This document shows positions 63,600 to 64,000 of a stretch of DNA of 64,000 nt, piece after piece. How positions within the stretch are numbered: position 1 is the stretch's first letter; each line of letters starts with the position of its first letter. A model generated the notes under the pieces. The model saw only the letters and a list, made by a program, of their open reading frames with translations, was not told the DNA's origin and ran no database searches. The position numbers were made by a program, and so were the translations under genes. Source of the stretch: Selaginella moellendorffii (Eukaryota; Plantae; Lycopodiophyta). The stretch lies in the NCBI RefSeq assembly GCF_000143415.4, contig NW_003314262.1, positions 819,431-883,430 on the forward strand, given 5' to 3'.

Positions 63600-64000
63600 T
63601 CGGGACCGAGACCGAGACCGAGGCCGAGGCCGAGACCGAGCTCGAGCCCGAGTCCGAGTCCGAATCCGAATCCGAGTCCGAGTCCGAGTCCGAGTCCGAG
63701 TCCGGAGCCTGAGAGGGTGAAAGCCCAAAGCGTTCGTCTCCCAGACCCTGGGGGGTTTGGTGAGCTCCAAAAGTATAGTAGGGGGGAGGACTGCAGTGGA
63801 GCCAGTTTGGCCAGGAAAGGCCAGTTTGGCCCAGGAAGGCCAGACCCAGTGTTGGGTGATGAACTGACCACTGGGAAGTCCAAGACTAGAGTGAATACGG
63901 ACCGACAAGCGGGGTAGCTTGGTGAAGTGTTCAAGAGCCAGCTCTAGTTCCCCCGGGAGATCGACTGGCCGATGCTCCCAGTCCAAGTGTGGGTGGCACT
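62935..64000 (+). mobile_element. Young family A LTR, running off the window end
   Basis: Starts tgtgaaacacaaaatccctagg; nearly identical to the reverse complement of 7496-8509; contains the tandem array. Confidence 0.92.

Overview
Eukaryotic plant DNA. Tiny 45-60 bp introns, very short intergenic spaces, an AP2/ERF domain and a ciliary DLEC1/CFAP81 gene suggest a seed-free land plant with flagellated sperm, most likely a Selaginella-like lycophyte (inference). Positions 1-42.6 kb are a transposon nest: several Ty3/gypsy LTR families, a MITE, a 5S-rRNA-bearing Cassandra-type element, and Helitrons or Helitron-like DNA with gene fragments (NUA/TPR, ZDP/PNKP, RPA1-like). After a 510-N gap come four tightly packed genes (a zf-C3Hc3H+AP2 protein, a DUF21-CBS protein, a BIG-type Sec7 ARF-GEF and DLEC1), then more gypsy DNA. 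The strongest candidates for something new are (1) a structured RNA module with compensatory base changes, shared by two gypsy elements with otherwise unrelated flanks (a four-way junction with a possible pseudoknot, plus five abutting hairpins ending in two tRNA T-loop/B-box motifs); (2) a TSD-bounded Cassandra unit that encloses chromovirus RT, integrase and chromodomain sequence and shares a PPT-proximal hairpin with it; (3) the zinc-finger/AP2 fusion gene. All alignments and folds were done by eye.
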